The notes: generated by a model not told the origin, from the sequence alone. 64,000 bases of DNA from Sulfolobales archaeon (GCA_038831135.1 JAWBKW010000007.1:2969-66968), one strand, 5' to 3'. Positions 41,462 through 51,909 are shown, counted from the stretch's first letter. Made by a program: numbers and translations.

Positions 41462-42679
41462 CTAACTCCTTCCATATTGTGAAATCACTTTATCTTTTAT
41501 TAGATCATTTATTTGCTCTGATGTATATCCTAACTCCTTAAGTATTTCTACGGTGTGTTCACCTAGCTGTGGCGGGGCCTCATATTTCCCAACATTGATG
41601 TCTTTTCTTAAGAATTTAATGGGATTGGAAATCATTTTTAAGGTACCTAAAGTTTTATGAGGTATTTCCTTTATCATCTCCCTGATCAAGATATGAGGGT
41701 CGTTTAATGCTTGGCTTACCTTATTTACTGGAGCTGCTGGAATGCCAGCATCTCTAAGTCTCTTAACCCAATAACTAACTTCTTGTTTCGAGAATACTTC
41801 CTCAAGTAAATTCACTAACTCGTCTCTATGCTTAACCCTTTCATAATTTGTTGAAAATTTGGGATTATCAATTAATTCAGGCATACCTATACATGTACAA
41901 AAGTCTCTCCAGATACTATCATTACCAACAGTAACTACTAAGTAACCGTCTTTAGCTTTAAATGCTTGGTAAGGAACTATATTCGGGTGCGCGCTACCCA
42001 TTCTTTGAGGATCCACACCTAAAGCGAAGTAGTAGCCTGCTTGATGCGTTAGAATCGATATTGAACTATCTAGTAGTGATAAGTCTATATAGGTTCCAAC
42101 CCCCTTATAGAGAGCAGATAGTACGGCTATTACTGCATACATGCCAGTAATGATATCAGCTATAGGTACTCCAAACTTGACTGGGGGTCTATCAGGCTCT
42201 CCAGTCAAATCCATTAAACCGCTCATAGCTAAGGCTATGAGGTCATATCCGGGTAGGTCTTTATATGGACCGTATTGACCGTACCCAGATATTGAACAAT
42301 AGATTATTAGGGGATTTATCTTTGATAGGGTCTCATAATCTATCTTAAGTTTTCCAGTTACACCAGGTCTGAAGGATTCGATAAAGATATGCGAATTACT
42401 TACAAGTTTGTATAGTATTTCCCTACCCTTATCGCTTCTTAAATCTATAACAATGCTTTTCTTACCTCTATTGACTGAGGTAAAGTAAGCACTATATTTA
42501 TCTCCATAGAATGGAGGTCCCCAATCTCTTGCGTGGTCCCCTGAAGGTGATTCAACTTTAATAACATCAGCTCCTAAGTCGGCTAATATCATTGTGGCGA
42601 AGGGACCAGCCATAGCTGAGGTAAGGTCAACAACCCTAATATTACTTAATGGATAATTATTAGTCATATATATCCACAT
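41462..42679 (-). CDS. Family III CoA-transferase (CaiB/BaiF)
   Basis: Contains IRVVDLTSAMAGPFATMILADLGADVIKVE and ESFRPG motifs. Confidence 0.85.
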   Translation of the reverse strand: MWIYMTNNYPLSNIRVVDLTSAMAGPFATMILADLGADVIKVESPSGDHARDWGPPFYGDKYSAYFTSVNRGKKSIVIDLRSDKGREILYKLVSNSHIFIESFRPGVTGKLKIDYETLSKINPLIIYCSISGYGQYGPYKDLPGYDLIALAMSGLMDLTGEPDRPPVKFGVPIADIITGMYAVIAVLSALYKGVGTYIDLSLLDSSISILTHQAGYYFALGVDPQRMGSAHPNIVPYQAFKAKDGYLVVTVGNDSIWRDFCTCIGMPELIDNPKFSTNYERVKHRDELVNLLEEVFSKQEVSYWVKRLRDAGIPAAPVNKVSQALNDPHILIREMIKEIPHKTLGTLKMISNPIKFLRKDINVGKYEAPPQLGEHTVEILKELGYTSEQINDLIKDKVISQYGRS

Positions 42680-42753
42680 TATAGTTAGGTTAATCCCAGG
42701 AATATAACTTTAAAGATTTATATCTTAAACCTCCACACATTTAAGGGTTTAGT

Positions 42754-43470
42754 GTGGGGGAAGATAAGATTAGCAGGAAGTCGAAACTCAAAGCATTAAC
42801 TAGAGCTTTATTGAAGTCTGACAAGCTAATTTACTTAGAAAGTAATAATAAGTGGTTATTAGTTGCCTCAGGTGACGTGAAAGGCGACTTCAAATTACTT
42901 TCAAGGGTTGCAACTATTTCGTTTGGTGTCTTACTGATGGCGATATCTTCCCGCATTTCATTAATAACGCCATTTTCTGAAGTCCCTTTTACGTTTCAGA
43001 CATTAGCCCTTATTACATTACTGCTTTTGCTTAGGGAGAACGCTTGGAAGGCTATCTCTACATACTTAATGTTAGGTTTTGCGGGACTTCCACTTTTTGC
43101 ATACGGTGGCGGACTTCAGTATTTGATGAGTCCTACAGCTGGATACCTTATAGGGTTCCTAGTATCAAGTATATTAGGCTATCTCGTAGGTAATAGCCGA
43201 AGTTTTATTAAGTTCGTGCTTTTGTCTTTCTCGTCCTTAGGGATTATATATTTCTTCGGTTGGTTATGGCTAACGATGTACTACACAGTTATAGCAGGTC
43301 TTGTTAATGTTGTAAATTCTATGTTCATAGCATTTATACGTGGTGTGCTTCCATTCGTAATATGGGACGTTATGAAGGCTTTAATAGCTTCTCTAATATC
43401 GTACGAGATCTACAGATCCAAGAATGTATTTAGGTTGCTAAGGTCATTATTAAGTGATTTTCTAAGGTAG
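42754..43470 (+). CDS. bioY: BioY-family biotin transporter S component (start uncertain; alternative GTG at 42877)
   Basis: Contains VPFTFQTLALI, GFAGLPLFAYGGG and TAGYLIGF motifs. The 41-aa basic N-terminal extension is not typical of BioY. Confidence 0.7.
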   Translation: MGEDKISRKSKLKALTRALLKSDKLIYLESNNKWLLVASGDVKGDFKLLSRVATISFGVLLMAISSRISLITPFSEVPFTFQTLALITLLLLLRENAWKAISTYLMLGFAGLPLFAYGGGLQYLMSPTAGYLIGFLVSSILGYLVGNSRSFIKFVLLSFSSLGIIYFFGWLWLTMYYTVIAGLVNVVNSMFIAFIRGVLPFVIWDVMKALIASLISYEIYRSKNVFRLLRSLLSDFLR

Positions 43471-43477
43471 TTCTTTA

Positions 43478-44971
43478 ATGAAGGAGTTATTAACCGAATT
43501 ATCATCGGTGGTTGACGTAGTAAGTGGTTCTGCTGAAGAAGTATTCACCCTCAATAAGTTGAAGGAGTTTTTTGAGGATTTAGGGATTTATATCCGTATT
43601 CATCCAGTTGAAGTCATCTCTTGGAAAGATATTAGTTGTAGCGTCAATGGCCTCCCCTGCAAGTGTCTGCCACCAATTCGTAGTAGCGAAATATATGGTA
43701 TGCTAACCGATGATTTAAGTAACTGCGGTGGTAAGGTCTTAATAACTAGTACTACTGATTTCCCAGATAATGTTTGGGTTATCTATAACTTAGCTGTCGA
43801 GTTAGGGGCTAACGCGGTTATATTCTATGATGCGTTCCCAAATAGATATAGGAGGATTGTAGTTACAGGGGTTTGGAGCTATTCTCTAAATAGAGGTGAT
43901 TTTCCTCCAATTCCAGCAGTTCACTTAAGATTGGAGGACGGGATAAAGTTAAGGAAGTTAATCGGCACACATATAAACCTAAGATGCGTTACTGAAACTA
44001 AGTTAAGTACTGGATATAATGTTGAAGCCTTCATCGGAGGTCGCAAAGAAAACGAAGTTTTAATCACTGCGCACCATGATAGATGGTTAAGCGGTTTCAG
44101 AGATAATTTAGTAGGTCTTTACACCTTAGTTAAGTTAGTTCATAGAGCTTTAAACCACCAAACACCAAGGTATACTATAAGATTAGCTAGCTTTACTGCT
44201 GAAGAATTTGGCAACCCTAACTTAAGTCCTTGGTACTGGTCCTACGGCTCTAGAGAGTATGCAAGAACATCTAAACTAGATGACATTGAGTTCGTAGTCA
44301 ATTTAGATACAGCATGTAAGGAGCCGGTAAGGGTTAATGCTACAGGACCTGAAATAGGTGAGTACTTCATAAAGTATTCAACTATGAATTACTTATATGA
44401 GGGCTTCGACCACCCGTATACAGATGGATTAACATTTAGTTCTAGAGGGATTCCCACAGTAACGCTACAAAACTTAAGAGACATAGATGAGATTTACCAT
44501 ACAGACCTGGACACGTTTTTTAATGTAGATGAATTCACAGAAAGTATTATAAAGTGGATCTTAAATGCTGTAAATGAATACGAGATTGGAAAACTCGAAT
44601 TCCGCGAATACTATGAAGTACTTAAGAACTCACTACCCAATGGATTTGAATGGTTCCTTGATAAAATCTCGGAGGTTTCAGATCTTGATAATTTAAGAAT
44701 TATCTTCAGGGGAATATCTAAAGAATTAGTTAAACCTATCTTCCTAGGTAGTTATAAGGATTTAAATAAGGATTTAATCACGTTATTAATTCCTCATGCT
44801 TTAGTAATTAATAATTTAATAAAAGGCGTAAAAACAGAGGTTCGGATAGCAGGGATTGAGGAAATACTATGTTGCCCGCATGAAGACCTTAACGAGATCA
44901 TAAGTAAACACATTAATTATTTAAATGATGTATTAAATAAGTTGATCTCAGATCTTCATTCTCGCAACTAA
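43478..44971 (+). CDS. M28-family metallopeptidase-like protein (with PA-like insert)
   Basis: Contains ITAHHDRW and SFTAEEFG metal-ligand-like motifs, 497 aa. Confidence 0.5.
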   Translation: MKELLTELSSVVDVVSGSAEEVFTLNKLKEFFEDLGIYIRIHPVEVISWKDISCSVNGLPCKCLPPIRSSEIYGMLTDDLSNCGGKVLITSTTDFPDNVWVIYNLAVELGANAVIFYDAFPNRYRRIVVTGVWSYSLNRGDFPPIPAVHLRLEDGIKLRKLIGTHINLRCVTETKLSTGYNVEAFIGGRKENEVLITAHHDRWLSGFRDNLVGLYTLVKLVHRALNHQTPRYTIRLASFTAEEFGNPNLSPWYWSYGSREYARTSKLDDIEFVVNLDTACKEPVRVNATGPEIGEYFIKYSTMNYLYEGFDHPYTDGLTFSSRGIPTVTLQNLRDIDEIYHTDLDTFFNVDEFTESIIKWILNAVNEYEIGKLEFREYYEVLKNSLPNGFEWFLDKISEVSDLDNLRIIFRGISKELVKPIFLGSYKDLNKDLITLLIPHALVINNLIKGVKTEVRIAGIEEILCCPHEDLNEIISKHINYLNDVLNKLISDLHSRN

Positions 44972-45380
44972 TACTTAATTTAGTTATAATCTCTTCCTAA
45001 GAGGTGAATTTAATCGAAAAGGTTAGTGGTTTAGGAGTGCATCACTTCTATTGCTTTATTTTATTGATTAGAATTATCCTAAGTATATCGATTTACCCTA
45101 CCTAATAGGTACTTAAATACAAAGTTTTGTTTTTTAATTACGTGTTGCTGTTTTGCTGGTTTTACGTTGAATGTCTTAACTATTACAAATAAGGTCTTAT
45201 TACATATTAAATTACCCTTAAGTTGAAGTACATTATCCTTCAGCTCTATTACTCTTTGATTACGCTCTGGACCGAACACTTAACTATGATTGAACACTGC
45301 CTTTAGCTTTCATTCCTAGGAACGAGATCTTAAATTTAGTCTGAGTAAGTTTTAGGTCTTTGTAGATGTTGGGGGATGTT

Positions 45381-45809
45381 TTAATCTCCAATAATTTGGA
45401 TTATTATACGTCTTAAGTTTCTAGGACCATCAAGTTCCAATAACATTATCTCTTGCCAAGTTCCAAGCACTAAACGACCATCTTTTAATGGTATTATTTT
45501 TCCAGGACCAATTATTGCTGATGCTATATGCGCATACGCGTTATCGTCTATCTCATCATGCTTCCAGCCAGCATCTACAGGTATATACCTCCTAATCCAT
45601 TCTACGTAATCTTCGCTCAGCCTAGGTTCAAATTCATTAATTACTATAGTAGCTGTGGCATGTGGTACGAACACGGTTACTATGCCTGTATTAATGCCTG
45701 ACTCCCTTACCACATGATTTACTAATTCAGTAACCCTTACGACCTCAATTTTCTTTCTGGTACTTAGATGTAGTTCCTTAAAATACGTTTTCACTACAGT
45801 AACCCTCAC
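45381..45809 (-). CDS. YjbQ/UPF0047 family (secondary thiamine-phosphate synthase) protein
   Basis: Contains VFVPHATATIVINE, DNAYAHIASAIIG and LGTWQEI motifs. Confidence 0.8.
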   Translation of the reverse strand: MRVTVVKTYFKELHLSTRKKIEVVRVTELVNHVVRESGINTGIVTVFVPHATATIVINEFEPRLSEDYVEWIRRYIPVDAGWKHDEIDDNAYAHIASAIIGPGKIIPLKDGRLVLGTWQEIMLLELDGPRNLRRIIIQIIGD

Positions 45810-45816
45810 TTTGAAT

Positions 45817-46134
45817 TTAAGTGCTTAACATTCTTATTATTTCATTGATATATTTTATTCCCTGTTCAAAAGTTCGCATTCCTTTTTCTGTCACTCTATA
45901 TCTTAGACCATCAGACGTCTTAACAGATTCTATAAGACCTTCTTTAACCATCTTATATATTACTGCGTAAACCGTTATTGTAGCCGGTTTAACGTTAAAA
46001 CGCCTGGATAATTCTTTCTTAATATCGTAAGCCCTTAACTCGTTGCAGTCTTTAAGTATTTTAATAATGTATAGCCATAGGTTTTCAATGGTTATCTTTC
46101 TTATTAATCTTTCATATGCTTTAGAGTCACTCAA
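45817..46134 (-). CDS. PadR-family transcriptional regulator
   Basis: Winged-HTH pattern (YDIKKELSRRF...TVYAVIYKMVKEGLIES), 105 aa. Confidence 0.7.
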   Translation of the reverse strand: MSDSKAYERLIRKITIENLWLYIIKILKDCNELRAYDIKKELSRRFNVKPATITVYAVIYKMVKEGLIESVKTSDGLRYRVTEKGMRTFEQGIKYINEIIRMLST

Positions 46135-46222
46135 TTTAATTTCCCCATATTAGATGTTATTTAATGATTAATATTTATACAGGTAAATATTTATAACCGT
46201 AAATATAAAATTAATTTGGTTA

Positions 46223-47329
46223 GTGATAATGATTAGGGTAGGAATTATTGGTGTAGGTAATATAGCATCCATGTTCATACAGTCGATACATCATTACAGG
46301 AATACGGGAAGTAGTAAGGGGTTAATACATCGTAGAATCGGTAGGTACAGTATTAACGATATAGATGTTGTTTACGCTGTTGACGTTTCTAAATATAAAG
46401 TCGGGAAGGAGTTGAGCGAAGCTATCTTTCAACCCCCTAACCAAGTCCCTAAATTCGTGGATCTTAAATCTTCTGGGGTTACTGTAAAGATGGGCAAGGT
46501 ATTGGATGGAGTTGCTGAGCATATGGTTGATGACTTTACACCTTCAAATCTTCCAGAACCAAGCGCTGAAGTCTTGGCTAGGGACTTAGAGGATTCTGGT
46601 GTAGACGTATTAGTGAATTTACTACCTGTTGGGAGTTCAAAGGCGACTAGATTTTACGCTGAAGTGGCATCCATGGCAGGAGTCGCATTCGTAAATTGCA
46701 TTCCAGAGTTTATAGCAAGTGATGAGGAATTTAGCAAATTATTTGAGGTTCGCAGAACAACACTCTTAGGTGATGATATTAAGGGACAGTTAGGTGCTAC
46801 AATAGTACATAGGGCTCTTGCTAGATTAATATCAATGAGGGGTGGAGAGGTCATGGAATCATATCAATTAAATGTTGGTGGAAACACCGATTTTAAGAAT
46901 ATGTTAGAGCAGTCCAGGCTACATAGTAAGAAATTAAGTAAGAGTTTAGCTGTCGCATCAACTCAACCGGATCCTTATGAAGCTCTCAATAAGGTCTTCG
47001 CAGGACCTAACGGTTTCATACCATTCTTAGGAAATACTAAGGTATCTTACATATATATTAAGGCGTTAGGATTTATGGAACTACCAGTAGTTTTAGATGT
47101 TAAATTAGTTGTTGATGATAAAGCTATGGCATCAGCAATATTAGTAGATGCTGTGAGACTAGCCAAGGTTTTAAGGGACTTAGGTATTTTCGGGGCACCT
47201 CCTTGGGCTTCAGCGCCTTACTTCAAACATCCACCCAACTTAGTTAAATCTGATGAGGAAGCTCTTGAGGAGTTATACGTAAGACTTGAGGAGTATGGGG
47301 TCAGTATAGAACCTAAATACGTGTTTTAA
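46223..47329 (+). CDS. myo-Inositol-1-phosphate synthase (archaeal short form)
   Basis: Contains the Rossmann motif GIIGVGNIAS plus LGDDIKGQLGATIVHRAL and QLNVGGNTDFKNM. Confidence 0.75.
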   Translation: MIMIRVGIIGVGNIASMFIQSIHHYRNTGSSKGLIHRRIGRYSINDIDVVYAVDVSKYKVGKELSEAIFQPPNQVPKFVDLKSSGVTVKMGKVLDGVAEHMVDDFTPSNLPEPSAEVLARDLEDSGVDVLVNLLPVGSSKATRFYAEVASMAGVAFVNCIPEFIASDEEFSKLFEVRRTTLLGDDIKGQLGATIVHRALARLISMRGGEVMESYQLNVGGNTDFKNMLEQSRLHSKKLSKSLAVASTQPDPYEALNKVFAGPNGFIPFLGNTKVSYIYIKALGFMELPVVLDVKLVVDDKAMASAILVDAVRLAKVLRDLGIFGAPPWASAPYFKHPPNLVKSDEEALEELYVRLEEYGVSIEPKYVF

Positions 47330-47365
47330 ATTGAGTTAATTTATTTGTAGTAGGTTTTAGATATA

Positions 47366-48748
47366 TTAATATTTAAGCATTAAGGATTCATACTTCCTCA
47401 GATGCTCTACTGCTTCAGAAACATCCATAAATAATTCATCAACTCTAACTACATCCGCCTCGGTAACCTTACTTGATCCTCTCGTCATAGCATTTTCTGC
47501 AGCTATACTTAGTAGTTGTGATGCGTATCTTAAGCTTCTTCTACTCCCGATTTCTGTAAGCTTATTTAGTGCTCCCTCATCGATTTCTATACCTTCTTCT
47601 ATTGAACGTATTTTCAGTATTTCCCTAATACTTTCAGGGTCGTAGGTCTCCGTACCTATTATTACTGCCCTGTCAACTAGGTCTGCAGGGAAACCTAATG
47701 GTGCCTCTACATCAGTGCCTCTAATTTTAGCAATACCCCTATTCGTAGCAAGTATGAGTATCGGTGATAACTCGCTTTCTATCGCTCTCCCTAAAAAGGC
47801 GAAGCACTCTATATCCAGCATATGGGCATCATCTATGAAGAGGACACCTGGGTAAAGCCTTGCTTTTCCATTATCAACCCATTCCTTAACTTGCTTATCA
47901 ACTTCAGCTATCACCTCAGGACCTAATTCCTTGGTTTCAACACCTCCAAAGAATACAGATAAGAGGCTTCCCGACCTCCTCCTCGCAACCATTCTGTCTA
48001 GGTCAGATAAAGTTAAGTAATACACGAACTCCTTCTGTTTTTTCACCTTGCCGCTAGGTCTTTGAGTCTTCAACTTACTACCAACTTCGTAATATTTCCT
48101 ACCATATTCGCTTTCCTCGCTTATCCCAAGTACTGTAACTCTACCTGTTTCGGCATCTATCTGAATAACATAACCTTCCTTAACGCCTTGTTGAACTAAT
48201 TGCTCTGCTATCTCATCACTAACCTCTAAAGTCCTTTCATCATCCTTAGTCTTCAAAGTTAGTGCGGCTCTCTCGATAATCCTCGCATACGGGTTATAGG
48301 GATGAGGACCTGAAACTACATTAAATTTAACTACCTCTCCTTCATAAACATCCCTCATTTCATGTATTTCGATTCCTATCGCCTTCCTCATGGCCCCAAG
48401 CAGTACTTCGGTCTTCTTAATTTCAGCGCTATAAACTTCTGCAGCGCTCATAGTTATAAACGGAACGTTCATACCTAATTCCCTAGCAATGGCCACAGCA
48501 ATAGCTGTTTTACCAGTACCAGGAGGTCCTGCAATAATTATTAACTTACCACTCCATTTGCCTTCCTTAATCATCCTCACTAATAATCCAGCAGCTTCCC
48601 TAGCCCTCTCTTGCCCCACCATTCCATCCTTAACTTTTACTGCCCGGTAGTTCTCATCAAGACCTAAACCCTTTATATGTGTGTGTAGGCCGACACGTTT
48701 CAACTTAACGGAAGTTTCAGGAGGTAATTCCCTTATGGACTCACTCAT
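47366..48748 (-). CDS. TIP49 / RuvB-like AAA+ ATPase
   Basis: Contains HTHIKGLGLDE, MVGQERAREAAG, Walker A (GPPGTGKTAIA) and Walker B (LFIDDAHMLD). A domain-II type insertion lies between Walker A and Walker B. Confidence 0.85.
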   Translation of the reverse strand: MSESIRELPPETSVKLKRVGLHTHIKGLGLDENYRAVKVKDGMVGQERAREAAGLLVRMIKEGKWSGKLIIIAGPPGTGKTAIAVAIARELGMNVPFITMSAAEVYSAEIKKTEVLLGAMRKAIGIEIHEMRDVYEGEVVKFNVVSGPHPYNPYARIIERAALTLKTKDDERTLEVSDEIAEQLVQQGVKEGYVIQIDAETGRVTVLGISEESEYGRKYYEVGSKLKTQRPSGKVKKQKEFVYYLTLSDLDRMVARRRSGSLLSVFFGGVETKELGPEVIAEVDKQVKEWVDNGKARLYPGVLFIDDAHMLDIECFAFLGRAIESELSPILILATNRGIAKIRGTDVEAPLGFPADLVDRAVIIGTETYDPESIREILKIRSIEEGIEIDEGALNKLTEIGSRRSLRYASQLLSIAAENAMTRGSSKVTEADVVRVDELFMDVSEAVEHLRKYESLMLKY

Positions 48749-48804
48749 TTAGATCACCTAATAAATATAATTTTATTTAGGATTTTTAGGATTTAATAAA
48801 TGAA

Positions 48805-50292
48805 CTAATCCCTAAGACTTATGAATATCTTAGCATGGGGGTCGACAGATTCAAACTTAAATGACACTATATTACTGTAACCGCTTAAGTCTATTACGTT
48901 CTTACCTGAGTTAATATCTATGATGTCTGTTTCGTGAAGTGTCGGAGGTAAACCAAAGTCGTATTCGTATATTCTTAGGTAGTTATCTTTTCCAGCCTTA
49001 ACATGCATTAAGACCTTTTTATAATTGCCAATAGGTATGCCACCCCATGCATTATTACCTATAACATCACCAGATACTTTAATGACGTTGAACGAATTGA
49101 AGATAGGAACGTCATTTATATTAATTGATATTATATCCCTCACACCTATATCGTATGGAGTGGCATTGTCCGCTCCTAGATTTGCCATCGTATTACAACC
49201 CAACAGTATTTCATCACCTACATGTTCTAAGGAAGTTATTCGTGCTCCAAACGAACCTAAAACCCTAACTACTGGTGGGGTTATATAGAGGAGGTTTGAC
49301 GTTGTCGGAACGTAGTTAAGTATTTTAGATATATCTCTTAATTCATTGGTAACACATTTTAAGATGCCATGAGTATAGGCATTAAAAGGTATCAACATAC
49401 CACCTCCCATAATTACATGATTAGTTCTTAATGGACCATAATCCTTTCCGCAGAAATCGTAAAGCCTCACAAAATATAGACTTCCGCCTTCACCATCACT
49501 TGGATCTAAAATTATAACTCCTCCTCTAACAAAAATAAATAACCTACCATACATAGCTGCAATAGAACCCACCTGCAAAGGTCTTGAAACTCCTTCACCA
49601 TCAATGGAAATATCCTCCAAATCTTTAGTGAGACTTTTATAGGTCCAAACTCCTCTAACTAAGTCAAGACATTGGATGCCATATATTCCATCAAATCCTA
49701 TTGAAATATCGAAGCATGCCATATCTCCTAACAAAGCACCTTTCATGCTTGGTTTATCACTTAACATTTCCATCTTATTATTCCTTATGTCCAGGCCGAA
49801 GACCCCTAAAGATATACTTCCATCAGCCCTAGAAACAAGCAGTTTAATATTCAATGGATCAAAAAGTAAGGAAGATACTTCACCAACCCATTCATTACTT
49901 AATCCAGCACTTTCCTTCCACAAGAGGTCTACCTTATCTTCATATATATCATATGAGTGTATATGCGAGGATTTATTAGTGAAGTTTATTTTGCTGTAAT
50001 TATTGACCTTCTCAAATATTACCGGGGAGTTAACCCAACCCCCGAAATATATTTTATTGTCAACAACTTCTACAGCATTATACGTATCTCCACCTGACCT
50101 AGGTTCAGGACCTAAATGCTCGAATCGATAAACTTTAATTTCATCTCCATTAATAAAGTAGGCTTCAGCATCGAATGAGAGAGTAAAGTAGAGCACGTTC
50201 ATATGATATTTTAATCCGAAAATACCGCCCGAACCCCATTCAGCTCCTTTTCTCGGATTAAACCTATGAATAGGTAGTTTCAGCGGTATCAC
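48805..50292 (-). CDS. Hypothetical protein, co-oriented 3 nt downstream of glycogen synthase
   Basis: 495-aa clean ORF, rich in beta-strand-like G/V/I repeats. No family was recognised. Confidence 0.5.
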   Translation of the reverse strand: MIPLKLPIHRFNPRKGAEWGSGGIFGLKYHMNVLYFTLSFDAEAYFINGDEIKVYRFEHLGPEPRSGGDTYNAVEVVDNKIYFGGWVNSPVIFEKVNNYSKINFTNKSSHIHSYDIYEDKVDLLWKESAGLSNEWVGEVSSLLFDPLNIKLLVSRADGSISLGVFGLDIRNNKMEMLSDKPSMKGALLGDMACFDISIGFDGIYGIQCLDLVRGVWTYKSLTKDLEDISIDGEGVSRPLQVGSIAAMYGRLFIFVRGGVIILDPSDGEGGSLYFVRLYDFCGKDYGPLRTNHVIMGGGMLIPFNAYTHGILKCVTNELRDISKILNYVPTTSNLLYITPPVVRVLGSFGARITSLEHVGDEILLGCNTMANLGADNATPYDIGVRDIISININDVPIFNSFNVIKVSGDVIGNNAWGGIPIGNYKKVLMHVKAGKDNYLRIYEYDFGLPPTLHETDIIDINSGKNVIDLSGYSNIVSFKFESVDPHAKIFISLRD

Positions 50293-50295
50293 CTC

Positions 50296-51909
50296 TTAAA
50301 GAGTTCTGTAGTGCGAGTATAGTTTAGCTTTCTCGTAGCATTTCATTAAGTCTTCCCATAGATTATCTTCTCTAAATTTGCTATTAACCCAAATGATAGC
50401 GTTAGTCCTTAGGTCTAAGTTTTTAACGTTTATTACTAAGTTTTTAATCCACCCCAACTTTATGTTATTAATTAAGTCGTGGCGGTTGCTGTCAATAATC
50501 TCTGTAAGGAAGATCATAGACTCTAACGTCTCAGCAACGACCACTATATCATCTAGTGAGACGCAAGTCCCGCTACCGTTAACATTATATTTAAGGTCAA
50601 GGACTGTCTCAGGTAGCCCACCTACATTTGATACCACTACCGGAGTTCCAAGAGCCTGCGCCTCTATGGAGACTATGCCGAAGGGTTCGTATCTAGATAG
50701 AGCGGAGTAAATATTAGCTGAGTATACTATTAACTTAAGTATCCATTCATTTATCCCAGACAATAGCAGTAATGCCCTTCCCGACTTCTCTCTCACTAAT
50801 TTCGAGAGATGTTCCTCAAAATCCTTATCACCTATTCTTATGCCAGCTATTATCACACCTATTCGATGATCTACGTAATCCAATGACTTAATGAGTATGT
50901 CGAAGCCTTTCTGCCAGGTTATTCTGCCAGAAGTTGCTATTAGGAACTCGCATTTATCTAGATTTCCTAGCTTGATCAAGTTATCATTATTATGGATATA
51001 GTTAATAATATAACTCCTCACAGCTTTTCTTGAGGTATTCCCAACATACTTCAAAGCTATATCCTTAACTGTATTAACATCCCAGTCTGTGACGTTATGG
51101 ATAACGCAGGTTTTAGGTTCGAGCCATTTACCAAATTTACTCAGTATCTCATTTAAATAACCATAACTATTACTCGCTAGTGCATCGGCCTCTAATATGG
51201 TGAAGTTATCTACATTACCGTAGACCGAATCCCACACATGTTCAGTATTTAAGACATCATGTTTATAGCCAACCCAGACCTTATGGGGCGTGTTTGGTAT
51301 GCCGCACCATCTATCTGAAGCGTAATGCCATGGAAAAGAAGGTGATGAAAGTAAATGTATGGAATGAAGATACGGTATTTTAATGCCTTTCATTTCTAGA
51401 TATATCTTAAGTAAGGAACCGGCAAGCCCTGAAGTCCAATCATTGGAATGTAGCACATCTGGTAATTCTTTAGAGTATTCTACCCAATGTCTAATTGCCC
51501 TACTAAATAAACATACTTTCTCAGGCAAATCTCTATAAATTTCCCACGAATCTATAAATCTCCCAGTCTCGTAGTCCAAACCCTTAAACACTATAAGTCT
51601 CGCACCGTGGTATGTTCCTTCCTCAGCACCGACTCTGTAATAATAGATGTTTCCATCCAAGCCTTTCCTATAATCCTCTACTGCGAAATCATCTAAATTC
51701 CGTAAGTTAAATCTGAATCTAAATTCGTCCGATAGATGTCTACCGTGTGAGGGGGTAAATACTGTAACTTTCAAACCCTTTTTAGTAAGTGTTTTAATAA
51801 AAATGGCTACAGCTTTTCCTAGACCACCGACTCTGGCGAACTCGTCAAGTTCAAATGTTAGAATCCATACGTTTTTTATGTTTGTTGAGATAGTTTCTAA
51901 TCTGATCAC
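50296..51909 (-). CDS. glgA: Glycogen synthase (GT-B glycosyltransferase)
   Basis: Contains the N-terminal motif EFARVGGLGKAV and C-terminal EPFGIVSIEAQALGTPVV. Confidence 0.8.
   Translation of the reverse strand: MIRLETISTNIKNVWILTFELDEFARVGGLGKAVAIFIKTLTKKGLKVTVFTPSHGRHLSDEFRFRFNLRNLDDFAVEDYRKGLDGNIYYYRVGAEEGTYHGARLIVFKGLDYETGRFIDSWEIYRDLPEKVCLFSRAIRHWVEYSKELPDVLHSNDWTSGLAGSLLKIYLEMKGIKIPYLHSIHLLSSPSFPWHYASDRWCGIPNTPHKVWVGYKHDVLNTEHVWDSVYGNVDNFTILEADALASNSYGYLNEILSKFGKWLEPKTCVIHNVTDWDVNTVKDIALKYVGNTSRKAVRSYIINYIHNNDNLIKLGNLDKCEFLIATSGRITWQKGFDILIKSLDYVDHRIGVIIAGIRIGDKDFEEHLSKLVREKSGRALLLLSGINEWILKLIVYSANIYSALSRYEPFGIVSIEAQALGTPVVVSNVGGLPETVLDLKYNVNGSGTCVSLDDIVVVAETLESMIFLTEIIDSNRHDLINNIKLGWIKNLVINVKNLDLRTNAIIWVNSKFREDNLWEDLMKCYEKAKLYSHYRTL

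Noticed and set aside
45079-45279. 66-aa basic ORF in the long spacer.
   Set aside because: It has no SD or promoter that I can point to, no motif, and a GTG start. It is kept only as a note under the long-spacer finding.
45285-45344. Possible C/D-box sRNA (ATGATTGA ... CTGA about 56 nt apart).
   Set aside because: The C box has an extra base relative to RUGAUGA. There are no credible internal D' and C' boxes, and the terminal pairing is weak.
50288-50295. Possibility that the GTG at 50292 is only part of an SD (GAGGTGAT) and that the hypothetical protein starts at the in-frame CTG four nt later. The GTG at 62240 inside GAGGTGAGG is similar.
   Set aside because: GTG itself is a valid start directly after the upstream stop, so termination-reinitiation is possible. 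There is no conserved N-terminal sequence to discriminate, so I did not count these among the non-canonical start cases.
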